Shown: one piece after another, positions 1 to 8,456 of the stretch
Layout: each line of letters begins with the position of its first letter
How positions within the stretch are numbered: position 1 is the stretch's first letter
Assembly (NCBI GenBank): GCA_037381445.1
Contig: JARRQT010000079.1
Location: forward strand, 1 to 19,022
Direction: 5' to 3'
DNA from: Calditrichia bacterium
GTDB taxonomy: Bacteria > Calditrichota > Calditrichia > RBG-13-44-9
DNA length: 19,022 nucleotides
Notes under the pieces: model-generated
What the model was told of the DNA's origin: nothing
The model's database searches: none
Seen by the model: the letters and a program-made list of their open reading frames with translations, nothing else
Position numbers and translations under genes: made by a program

Positions 1-1497
1 GAAAAACTGAGGAAAACGCCTCCCTTCTCGCCGGAATATACCGTAACCCGCAATTATCTGGACTGGATGATACAAGTCCCCTGGTCCGAAGAATCCGATG
101 ACAGAATAAATCTGGAGGAGGCCCGGAGCATCCTGGATGAAGACCACTTTGGGCTGGAAAAGCCCAAGGAACGTATTCTGGAGCATCTGGCCGTGCTGCA
201 GCGGGTGAAAAAGATAAAGGGCCCCATCCTGTGTTTTGTGGGACCTCCGGGAGTGGGAAAAACCTCGCTGGGGCGGTCCATCGCCCGGGCACTGGACCGT
301 GAATTTGTGCGGGTGTCACTCGGCGGCGTCCGTGATGAAGCAGAAATCCGCGGGCACCGGAGAACCTATATCGGCTCCATGCCTGGTAAAATCATTCAAT
401 CCATGAAAAAGGCAGGCACGAAGAATCCGGTCTTTTTAATGGATGAAGTGGATAAAATGAGTATGGATTTTCGCGGAGATCCCTCCTCTGCACTGCTGGA
501 AGTACTTGACCCCGAACAGAACCACAGTTTCAATGATCATTACATGGATGTTGATTACGATCTCTCGCAGGTTTTCTTCATCACCACCGCCAATGTTCAA
601 TCGAACATTCCGCTCCCCCTGCAGGACAGGATGGAGATAATCGAGCTGCCCGGCTACCTGGAGCATGAAAAAATCCAGATTGCCAAAACGCACCTCATAC
701 CAAAGCAGCTCAATGAACACGGCCTGTCCGGCAAAGATCTGGAAATCGGCGAGCAGGCCCTGCTGCGGATTATCCGCGAATACACCCGCGAAGCGGGGGT
801 GCGAAATCTGGAACGGCAAATCGCCAACTTGTGCCGGAAAACGACCCGGCGCCTGGTGGAGGATAAAAAGCTGCGAAAGATAAAAATCGATACCGACAAT
901 CTGGAAGCATTCCTTGGAAAACCGGAGTATTTCATGCGCGCACCGGACTTCAGAGATGAAATCGGAATTGCGACCGGCCTGGCGTGGACATCCTACGGCG
1001 GAGATATTTTGAAGATCGAAGTTAATACATTCTCCGGGAAAGGCAACATCTCACTGACCGGCAAACTGGGCGACGTAATGAAAGAATCCGCCCAAACCGC
1101 CCTCAGCTATATCCGCTCCATTGCCGGTGAGCTGGAAATCGATGATAAAATCTTTGCGGAAAAAGACATCCATGTGCATGTGCCGGAAGGCGCCATTCCC
1201 AAGGACGGCCCCTCCGCGGGAATCACGCTTGCGACGGCAATGATTTCGGCGTTCACCGGACGGCAGGTGCGAGGCAACGTGGCGATGACCGGCGAGATCA
1301 CCCTGCGCGGCAAGGTGCTGGCCATCGGCGGATTAAACGAGAAAATGCTGGCCGCCCAGCGGAACAATGTCTCCACTGTGATCGTACCGGGGGAAAACAA
1401 AAAAGAAGTCGATGATCTCCCGCAGGAACTCAGGGAAGGTCTTACCATTATCCAGGTTTCGGATTACCGGGAAGTGCTGACCAATGTATTAAAATAG
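1..1497 (+). CDS. lon: ATP-dependent protease La (LonA), 5'-truncated by the window edge
   Basis: Frame 1 is open from base 1 ([23 protein letters not shown]...), so the ATG at 67 is internal. Motifs: Walker [22 protein letters not shown], Walker B FLMDEVDK, catalytic Ser in PKDGPSAG and Lys in GGLNEK. Confidence 0.98.
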   Translation, partial: EKLRKTPPFSPEYTVTRNYLDWMIQVPWSEESDDRINLEEARSILDEDHFGLEKPKERILEHLAVLQRVKKIKGPILCFVGPPGVGKTSLGRSIARALDREFVRVSLGGVRDEAEIRGHRRTYIGSMPGKIIQSMKKAGTKNPVFLMDEVDKMSMDFRGDPSSALLEVLDPEQNHSFNDHYMDVDYDLSQVFFITTANVQSNIPLPLQDRMEIIELPGYLEHEKIQIAKTHLIPKQLNEHGLSGKDLEIGEQALLRIIREYTREAGVRNLERQIANLCRKTTRRLVEDKKLRKIKIDTDNLEAFLGKPEYFMRAPDFRDEIGIATGLAWTSYGGDILKIEVNTFSGKGNISLTGKLGDVMKESAQTALSYIRSIAGELEIDDKIFAEKDIHVHVPEGAIPKDGPSAGITLATAMISAFTGRQVRGNVAMTGEITLRGKVLAIGGLNEKMLAAQRNNVSTVIVPGENKKEVDDLPQELREGLTIIQVSDYREVLTNVLK

Positions 1498-1555
1498 AAT
1501 CCCGATAATTTGACTCCGCACACAAATGCGCCAATTAATCCGGATAATTTGAATC
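1498..1555. repeat. Imperfect 19-bp direct repeat, two copies
   Basis: aatcccgataatttgactc (1498-1516) vs aatccggataatttgaatc (1537-1555): 17/19 identical. Confidence 0.7.
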
Positions 1556-1647
1556 TTAAAAACAGGGCCAAATCTCATTCATGAAAATCTGCTTGTTTAA
1601 AAATCCGGATTGCTATTTTATCCCGCCATATTTTGCACATGTTGTCT

Positions 1648-1675
1648 TGAATTCCCCGATGAGCAAATATATATT
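1648..1675 (+). promoter_or_regulatory. Putative sigma70-type promoter for the acyl-CoA dehydrogenase operon
   Basis: TTGAAT (1648-1653), 16-nt spacer, TATATT (1670-1675), about 30 nt before ATG 1706. Confidence 0.4.
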
Positions 1676-1705
1676 ACAGGAGTGCAAAAGCCAGGGAGCC
1701 GGGCA

Positions 1706-2875
1706 ATGAGTATATTCCAGGGATTAGACTTCTATAATTTTGATTCCCTCCTCAACGATGAAGAAAGAATGATGCGAGATTCGGTCAGACGCTGGGTGGA
1801 TTCCGAGGTCCTGCCGATCATCGAGAGTCATTACCAGAAAGGCGAATTCCCGATCCATCTGGTTCCCCAAATGGGGGAAATGGGGCTATTGGGCTCTAAC
1901 CTTCCCCAGGAATACGGATGCGCCGATATCAACAACGTTGCCTATGGCCTGGTGATGCAGGAGCTGGAACGCGGCGACAGCGGCATCAGAAGTTTCGCCT
2001 CCGTGCAGAGCGCGCTGGTGATGTATCCCATTTTCAGTTGGGGCTCGGAGGAACAAAAACGACGCTGGCTTCCCCAATTGGCCGCCGGAAGCAAAATCGG
2101 CTGCTTTGGCCTCACCGAACCGGATTACGGCTCCGATCCCGGTCATATGATAACAGCCGCCAGGGAGGATGGCGGCAGCTATATCCTGAATGGCGCGAAG
2201 ATGTGGATAACCAACGGCACTATAGCTGACGTGGCAGTGGTGTGGGCCAAACTGAACGGAACGGTGCGGGGATTTCTGGTGGAAAAAGGCACTCCCGGAT
2301 TTACCGCCCCGGAAATCAAAAACAAACACTCTCTGAGGGCATCGGTGACTTCCGAGCTGGTTTTTCAGGACTGCCGGATCCCGAAAGAAAATATTTTACC
2401 CGGAACCAGCGGTCTGAAAAATGCGTTGTCCTGTTTAACGCAGGCACGCTATGGTATTGCCTGGGGAGCAACCGGCGCGGCCATGGCCTGTTTTGATGAG
2501 GCTTTAAATTATGCAAAAACACGGATTCAGTTCAGCAAACCCATCGCTTCTTACCAGTTGGTTCAAAACAAGCTTGTTTACATGGCCACTGAAATCACCA
2601 AGGCGCAGTTTCTGGTATTGCAGTTAGGAAGATTGAAGGACAGGAACGAAATGATTTTTGCACAGGTTTCCCTTGCAAAGCGTAACAATGTTTTTCAGGC
2701 ACTCGAAATTGCACGTCTGGCCCGTGACATTCTGGGAGCAAACGGAATTTCTTCAGAATACCAGAGCATGCGCCATATGTGCAATCTTGAATCCGTGAAA
2801 ACCTATGAAGGAACTCACGACATTCATTCATTGGTTGTCGGTCAATATTTAACAGGAATCGCAGCGTTCGAATAA
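1706..2875 (+). CDS. gcdH: Acyl-CoA dehydrogenase, glutaryl-CoA dehydrogenase-like (probably decarboxylating)
   Basis: GCDH-type motifs ELERGDSGIRS, GCFGLTEPDYGSD, NGAKMWITNG and TYEGTHDIH (catalytic Glu preceded by Tyr). Start moved from TTG 1610 to ATG 1706, which has GGGAG at 1694-1698. Confidence 0.88.
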   Translation: MSIFQGLDFYNFDSLLNDEERMMRDSVRRWVDSEVLPIIESHYQKGEFPIHLVPQMGEMGLLGSNLPQEYGCADINNVAYGLVMQELERGDSGIRSFASVQSALVMYPIFSWGSEEQKRRWLPQLAAGSKIGCFGLTEPDYGSDPGHMITAAREDGGSYILNGAKMWITNGTIADVAVVWAKLNGTVRGFLVEKGTPGFTAPEIKNKHSLRASVTSELVFQDCRIPKENILPGTSGLKNALSCLTQARYGIAWGATGAAMACFDEALNYAKTRIQFSKPIASYQLVQNKLVYMATEITKAQFLVLQLGRLKDRNEMIFAQVSLAKRNNVFQALEIARLARDILGANGISSEYQSMRHMCNLESVKTYEGTHDIHSLVVGQYLTGIAAFE

Positions 2876-3921
2876 TGGCAAGCAGATACAAAAAAACGGT
2901 TTTAGTGGTTGAGGACGATATTCCCTACGGTCAGATGGTCGCAGACGCCTTGACCAATTTGAAATACAATGTTTTCCTGACCTTTTCTGCAACCGGTGCT
3001 CTGGACATCATCCGGAAACAAAAAATCGATATCATTCTGAGCGATGTGAACATGCCCGGAGTTTCCGGCATTGAGCTGGCCCAAAAGATACTGAATATGT
3101 ATCTGGATATCCCGGTCGTCCTGATCACCGGCATTAACGATCTTAGCCTGGTCAAATATTCTCTGGAGATCGGCATCAGCGATTATATCGTGAAACCGGT
3201 CAAAATTGATGAATTGCCGGTTGTTATCGAACGGAATCTGCAGCGGAGGTTTCTGGAGAACAAGGCATTGCAGGAAAACAAGGCGGATATTCTGCTGAAA
3301 GCCCTGAAAGCGTTAATGCGGGCGCTCGATGCAAAGGATCCCTATACATTTGGCCATTCCCAAAAAGTCGTCCGACTAGCGATGATGATGGCGGATGAGC
3401 TCAACCTGGACCACGAGGAACGCTACACGCTGCAATTGGCGGCTTCTCTGCATGATATCGGAAAAATCGGGATGCCGGACAGCATACTCAAGAAAGCCGA
3501 CAGTCTGGAGGATTTTGAAATCCGCCGGGCCAAAGATCATCCGGTGGTGGGAAGCCAGATACTGGGTGACATTGAGGAATTGTCGGAGGTCGCCTCCATT
3601 GTCCGTCACCACCATGAGCGCTTTGATGGGAAAGGATACCCTGACGGCCTGCGCGGGGAAGCGGTCCCGCTATTCTCCCGCATCCTTGCGATTCTGGATG
3701 CCTACGAAGCTGCCATATCAGACCGGGTATACCGGAAAGGGATGGATAAGAGAAAGGCGCTGCAGGAGATCGAAAGGAACGCCGGCACTCAATTCGATCC
3801 TCATCTAACCCAAATTTTTGCCAGGGTAATGGCGAACCATCCCAATATAGAAACGGAAATTGAAAATCAGGATACCGATCATGATGATTTTGATTTTCTG
3901 ATAGAAAGAAATGTCAGTTAA
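2875..3921 (+). CDS. Response regulator with REC and HD-GYP (cyclic di-GMP phosphodiesterase) domains
   Basis: REC: VVEDD, SDVNMPGVSG, LITG, YIVKP. HD-GYP: DPYTFGHS, LHDIGK, HHHERFDGKGYPDGL, RVYRK. The start overlaps the upstream stop (TAATG). Confidence 0.95.
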   Translation: MASRYKKTVLVVEDDIPYGQMVADALTNLKYNVFLTFSATGALDIIRKQKIDIILSDVNMPGVSGIELAQKILNMYLDIPVVLITGINDLSLVKYSLEIGISDYIVKPVKIDELPVVIERNLQRRFLENKALQENKADILLKALKALMRALDAKDPYTFGHSQKVVRLAMMMADELNLDHEERYTLQLAASLHDIGKIGMPDSILKKADSLEDFEIRRAKDHPVVGSQILGDIEELSEVASIVRHHHERFDGKGYPDGLRGEAVPLFSRILAILDAYEAAISDRVYRKGMDKRKALQEIERNAGTQFDPHLTQIFARVMANHPNIETEIENQDTDHDDFDFLIERNVS

Positions 3922-3974
3922 TCAGATCAATTTCAGTTGCGGTAAACAAATAAACATGGTGTTTTCTGACAGCT

Positions 3975-5153
3975 TTGGCAATCGAATACAAATTTTCTAA
4001 TATATATATCGATGAATGCGCCCGGGACGACGAAATAACCCGGAACCTGCTGCGATCGCTGCCAGACCCTGTTCCCCAATGCATCCAACCCGATCAGAGT
4101 TTTCAGGATTACCTGGCGTCTCTCAGTTTCAGTGAGGGCAAACGAACCCTGTGGATTACCCATTTCCGGGGCAGGTTCCTGAAGCCCTGTCCCGGAACGG
4201 CGGAGAGCTACCGCTGCTGTAATTACCTGGTCATCAACGAAACAACCAATTGCCCCATTGATTGCACTTACTGCATCCTGCAGGGGTATATTAACAATCC
4301 GGCCATAACCATTTATACAAATTACCGAAAAATTGCGGAAGAGATAAAGGCCTTAAGCCGCCGGAATCCCAATCGCATTCTTCGTATCGGAACGGGCGAA
4401 CTCACGGACAGCCTGGCCCTCGATCCCGCAACCGGACTTTCTGAAAAACTGATAAAAGAGGTTCAGCAACTGCCCAACGTGCTGCTGGAATTGAAAAGCA
4501 AAACAGACCATATTGAGCACTTGCTGGATATTAATCCTGAGCGGATTGTGCTTTCCTGGTCGGTCAATCCGGCCGCGCTGGTAAAATCGGACGAACTGAA
4601 GGCTGTTCCTGTTGCGAAACGCCTGAAGGCCACCCGGCGGGCGGCGGAAAAAGGATTTATGATCGGCCTGCATTTTGATCCCATCATTTACCTGCCGGAA
4701 TGGCAATCACAATATCTTGAACTGATCGGTCAAATTGGCGAATATGTCGATCCGCAGAAGATCGCCTGGATCAGCCTGGGCAGTCTGCGCTATCCCCCGC
4801 ATTTGAAGGAAACGTCCCGCTCTCGATTCCCCAAAAGCCGCATTTTTTCCGGCGAACAAATTGCCGGAGTGGATGGCAAGATGCGCTATTTGCAGCCGCT
4901 CAGGCTCCGGATGTATCGTTCCATTTACAGGGCGCTGCGCGAAAAGCTGGGAGACGTCTTTGTCTATTTCTGCATGGAAAGCGAGGAGATATGGCAGGAA
5001 GTACTGGGGCACTCTCCCCGAGACAATCAGGAAGTCGATTGGCTGTTCGCACGCAGTCTGTATCATAAATTCCCGGAATTGAATCTCCCCCGGCCGGAGC
5101 GCGAAATTTATCAATCCCCTATTAGCTTTCCTGATGAAGAATTTGCTGGCTAA
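3975..5153 (+). CDS. Radical SAM protein, spore photoproduct lyase (SPL)-like family
   Basis: CxxxCxxC = CPIDCTYC (4251-4274). SPL-like segments GTGELTDSLALD, ELKSK, SWSVNP, HFDPII, GKMRY, YFCME. The TTG start is uncertain because there is no clear RBS. Confidence 0.88.
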   Translation: MAIEYKFSNIYIDECARDDEITRNLLRSLPDPVPQCIQPDQSFQDYLASLSFSEGKRTLWITHFRGRFLKPCPGTAESYRCCNYLVINETTNCPIDCTYCILQGYINNPAITIYTNYRKIAEEIKALSRRNPNRILRIGTGELTDSLALDPATGLSEKLIKEVQQLPNVLLELKSKTDHIEHLLDINPERIVLSWSVNPAALVKSDELKAVPVAKRLKATRRAAEKGFMIGLHFDPIIYLPEWQSQYLELIGQIGEYVDPQKIAWISLGSLRYPPHLKETSRSRFPKSRIFSGEQIAGVDGKMRYLQPLRLRMYRSIYRALREKLGDVFVYFCMESEEIWQEVLGHSPRDNQEVDWLFARSLYHKFPELNLPRPEREIYQSPISFPDEEFAG

Positions 5154-5170
5154 TAACTCAAATCATACGA

Positions 5171-5216
5171 ATAAAAAAAGAGTTCTCCCCGTCCCAAAGG
5201 GCTGAAAAAAACTCTT
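5171..5216 (-). terminator. Putative intrinsic terminator of rfbB
   Basis: On the minus strand, AAGAGTT...AACTCTT arms (+ coordinates 5210-5216 / 5178-5184) extend with G-U pairs and are followed by a T run. It lies between the convergent SPL-like and rfbB genes. Confidence 0.55.
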
Positions 5217-5237
5217 GAATCGCAAAAGCATTATTGT

Positions 5238-6245
5238 TTACAGCATTTTGTACTGCTGCTGATAATATTTTTTGAACTCTTCCCGTTTTTCTTTAATATG
5301 CCGCCACCAAGTTTCATTTTCACGATACCATTTTACGGTTTTCTCAAGCGCCCGGGCAAAATCATGGCGCGGCTGCCAGCCGAGTTTCTCCACTTTTTCA
5401 ATACTCACCGAATAGCGCCGGTCATGGCCCAGCCGGTCCGCAACCGGCTTGATGAGTGATTTGGGCTTTCCCAGCAGATCGAGAATCATCCCGGTAATCT
5501 GGATATTCTGCATTTCGTTTCCGCCGCCGATATTATATACTTCTCCCGCTTCTCCTTTGTGCAGAACGGTATCGATAGCCTCACAGTTATCGATGACGTA
5601 CAGCCAGTCCCGCACGTTTTTGCCGTCACCATAGAGCGGCAGGGGCAAATCGTCAATCGCATTGGTGATAAAAAGAGGAATGACCTTTTCGGGGTACTGG
5701 TAAGGACCGTAATTATTGGAGCTGCGGGTAATAATGGTGGGCAGTCCGTACGTTTTGAAATAGGCGCGCACCTGCATATCTCCTCCTGCCTTGCTGGCAG
5801 AATAGGGGCTGTTGGGCTGCAGCGGACTGGTTTCCGTAAAGGAACCTTTCTCAATGGAACCGTAGACCTCATCCGTTGAAATCTGAATAAAGCGCTTGAT
5901 ATTATATTTGCGGGAAGCCTCCAGCAGCGTAAAGGTGCCCACCACATCCGTGTCAATGAAACTGCCTGCCTCCAGGATGGAACGGTCTACGTGGGTTTCG
6001 GCCGCGAAATTGATAATGGTGTCCGCATTGCTGACCAGATTATCCACCACCTTTTTATCGCAGATATTCCCGTGGTAGAAAAAATAATTGGGCTTTCCTT
6101 CCAGGTCCTGCAGATTTTCGCGATTTCCCGCGTAGGTCAGCGCATCGAGCACCACTATGCGGTATTGCGGATATTTGTTAACCATATAACGGACAAAATT
6201 GCTGCCGATAAAACCGGCTCCACCGGTAACCAGAATTGATTTCAT
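5238..6245 (-). CDS. rfbB: dTDP-glucose 4,6-dehydratase (RmlB/RfbB)
   Basis: VTGGAGFIGSNF, LTYAGN, FAAETHVDRSI, ISTDEVYG, SPYSASK, NNYGPYQYPEK, DRLGHDRRY. Start set at ATG 6245 (MKSILVTGG), with AAGGA upstream. Confidence 0.96.
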   Translation of the reverse strand: MKSILVTGGAGFIGSNFVRYMVNKYPQYRIVVLDALTYAGNRENLQDLEGKPNYFFYHGNICDKKVVDNLVSNADTIINFAAETHVDRSILEAGSFIDTDVVGTFTLLEASRKYNIKRFIQISTDEVYGSIEKGSFTETSPLQPNSPYSASKAGGDMQVRAYFKTYGLPTIITRSSNNYGPYQYPEKVIPLFITNAIDDLPLPLYGDGKNVRDWLYVIDNCEAIDTVLHKGEAGEVYNIGGGNEMQNIQITGMILDLLGKPKSLIKPVADRLGHDRRYSVSIEKVEKLGWQPRHDFARALEKTVKWYRENETWWRHIKEKREEFKKYYQQQYKML

Positions 6246-6388
6246 CGAATTTCCTTTTTTGTTTTTTTCCTGTTTTACGAGCCGAAAAATAGGTTTCGAT
6301 ATCCCACTTTTCAAGCGATTTCGTAAATTCACCCAAAATATTCAGGACACATTAGACTACGTCGGAGTTCTTAGAATTTTTTGCAGGC

Positions 6389-6417
6389 TTGCTTTCGGCT
6401 TCCCGTTTATATACCTT
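6389..6417 (+). promoter_or_regulatory. Putative promoter of the tetR-efflux operon
   Basis: TTGCTT (6389-6394), 17-nt spacer, TACCTT (6412-6417). The -10 lies inside the first operator copy. Confidence 0.45.
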
Positions 6418-6446
6418 CCGGTCGGTCGTATACCGAACGGTAGGTA
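6412..6446. promoter_or_regulatory. Tandem putative TetR operators
   Basis: taccttccggtcggtc (6412-6427) and taccgaacggtaggta (6431-6446) match the palindrome TACCGACCGGTCGGTA at 13/16 and 14/16. They lie 22 nt upstream of the TetR start. Confidence 0.75.
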
Positions 6447-6468
6447 AAAAATAGGGAGAAATCCGAAT

Positions 6469-7080
6469 ATGAAAGAAGATATACAACTTTCCGAGAAGGA
6501 TACTAAAAGCCGCATCTTTTTCGCTGCGGCAGAGCTCTTCGCCACCCACGGCTATGACAGGGTGTCGATCCGCCAGATTTGTGAAACGGTCGGCGTGGGA
6601 AAGCCAACACTTTATTACTATTTCAGAGACAAGGAAGCCCTGCTCAATGAGCTGATCGCCTATTCCGCTTCCCTGGGAGAGGATCTGGCGGAAAAATATA
6701 TTCTTTCTTCCAATGAATTCTTCGACCAGCTTTTTGGATTTATCAAGGTTCATCAAATGTTCAGCAAAAACTATCCTCACTTTGTTCGTTTCTCCCTCAT
6801 GCTGAATATGACCTCCATACCGGAAAACATCAGGGAGCAGATTCTGGGGATGGCCAATAGAAAATATGAAAGGTTCACCGGGTTCCTGAAAAAAGGACAG
6901 GACAGCGGATATATAGCCCCTGAACTGAACATCAAAATTCTGGTCTGGAGCCTTCTGGGGACTATCACCCATATGGTGGTCATGAACATCTATCGGCCCG
7001 ATTTAAAAGTAATGAGTGATAAAAATATAAACGAATTATTCAACTTTTGGAAAAGCCATTTTTTTATACAACCTAATTAA
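6469..7080 (+). CDS. TetR/AcrR family transcriptional regulator
   Basis: N-terminal HTH: IFFAAAELFATHGYDRVSIRQICETVGVGKPTLYYYFRDKEALL. GGGAG RBS. First gene of the efflux operon. Confidence 0.96.
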   Translation: MKEDIQLSEKDTKSRIFFAAAELFATHGYDRVSIRQICETVGVGKPTLYYYFRDKEALLNELIAYSASLGEDLAEKYILSSNEFFDQLFGFIKVHQMFSKNYPHFVRFSLMLNMTSIPENIREQILGMANRKYERFTGFLKKGQDSGYIAPELNIKILVWSLLGTITHMVVMNIYRPDLKVMSDKNINELFNFWKSHFFIQPN

Positions 7081-7092
7081 CGGAGACGGAGC

Positions 7093-8433
7093 ATGAAGAA
7101 GTTTTTTATTTTAATCCCCCTGGCGCTGCTGTGGATGACAACGAGTTCTGCGTTTGCGAAGGAGATTGTCACGCTAACCTGGAATGATGTGGTAGGCATC
7201 AGCCGCCTGGACAATCTGGATCTGAAAGCTGCCAGACAGGATTATCGGTATCAGCGATTGAATGAATGGAAAGCCCTTTCCGATTTCGTTCCCAGTATAA
7301 GTTACAGCTTCCGGGCGGTAAATAATATTGAACTGCCTGAATTTGTTTTCATGGGCCAGCGAATCAGGGTGGGCACCGAATACAATTTTACCCATGTTTT
7401 TGAATTGCAGTATCCCATTTTCACCGGCGGTTTGCGATTTGCCAACTGGCGTATTCAGCGGAACCTCAAAAAATCGCTCTCGGAGGAGCTCCGCAACAAG
7501 GAAGACGATGTGGTTTCCAGTGCCCTGGAATCCTATTTCAATATAATGCTGGCCAATGAACTGATCGACGTAAATCAGCGGGCTTATCAGGCGGCCAAAG
7601 CCAACCTGGACCAAGTCGAGAAATTTTATAAAGTAGGTGCCGCCTCTCAACTGGACTACCTCAGGGCCAAATCACGCTATTCTTCCACCATTCCCCAGCT
7701 CAGCTCTGCAAAGAACGCCAGGAAACTGGCGGAACAGAATCTGAAGTTCATCCTGAATCTGCCTCCCCAGGACTCACTGGTGGTTTTGGATACCCTGAAA
7801 AAAATTGATTTTCTCGGAAATTTCCAAAATGCGGATCTGGCAAACCTGCGGCAGACCGCCCTGCAGGAACGTCCTGACTTGAAAGGCGCGCAGTACCAGC
7901 GGAATGCCACCAAGGATCAAAAACTGGCATCCGCCTCACAGTTCCTGCCTTCTGTTGTATTCACTTCTGACATCCAGCAGCAGGCGCAGCTCAACACCAG
8001 CCAGGTGGCGTGGGATGATTATACCCGCATAAAATCGGCCGCGATTTCCATCCAGTTCCCGCTTTTTCAGGGCGGAAAAAGGGCACTGAATTATCAGCAG
8101 GCCAGAATCCAGGACAAAAAAGCAGGCATACAACTGGACCAGTTCAAAAGGTCGATTCTGCTGGATGTGGAAAACGGCTATAATCAGTTTCAGGAAGCTG
8201 ACAAGAATCTGGCCAGCCTGCTGCAAACCAAGCAGGAGGCCGGGGAGGCCCTGCGCCTGGCAAATCTGACCTACGAAGAGGGCATCAGCACCCAGGTTGA
8301 TGTTCTGGGCGCCCAGCTTTCTTTTACCGGCAGCGAGGTAAATTATCAGCAGGGCATATTCAACTATAACGTTTCTCAACTGCATCTGTTGAAGGCAATT
8401 GGCAAATTAAATATCATCTGGAATAAAAATTAG
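7093..8433 (+). CDS. TolC family outer membrane efflux protein
   Basis: Signal peptide ending SAFA. Two OEP repeats (LQYPIFTGG / IQFPLFQGG; YKVGAASQLD / YEEGISTQVD). GGAG RBS. Operon context. Confidence 0.93.
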   Translation: MKKFFILIPLALLWMTTSSAFAKEIVTLTWNDVVGISRLDNLDLKAARQDYRYQRLNEWKALSDFVPSISYSFRAVNNIELPEFVFMGQRIRVGTEYNFTHVFELQYPIFTGGLRFANWRIQRNLKKSLSEELRNKEDDVVSSALESYFNIMLANELIDVNQRAYQAAKANLDQVEKFYKVGAASQLDYLRAKSRYSSTIPQLSSAKNARKLAEQNLKFILNLPPQDSLVVLDTLKKIDFLGNFQNADLANLRQTALQERPDLKGAQYQRNATKDQKLASASQFLPSVVFTSDIQQQAQLNTSQVAWDDYTRIKSAAISIQFPLFQGGKRALNYQQARIQDKKAGIQLDQFKRSILLDVENGYNQFQEADKNLASLLQTKQEAGEALRLANLTYEEGISTQVDVLGAQLSFTGSEVNYQQGIFNYNVSQLHLLKAIGKLNIIWNKN

Positions 8434-8456
8434 AAATGGCATTGAGGAGAATTCTA

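Noticed and set aside
1498..1555. Repeat-spacer-repeat as a mini-CRISPR
   Set aside because: Only two 19-bp imperfect units with a 20-nt spacer, and no cas genes.
1610..1705. Longer N-termini given by the ORF track (also at 6332, 8436, 14086, 18107, 18897)
   Set aside because: Downstream ATGs have better ribosome-binding sites and match the expected family N-termini.
6352..6972. 206-aa antisense ORF
   Set aside because: It is the shadow of the well-supported TetR gene, has no recognisable motifs, and runs through the operator.
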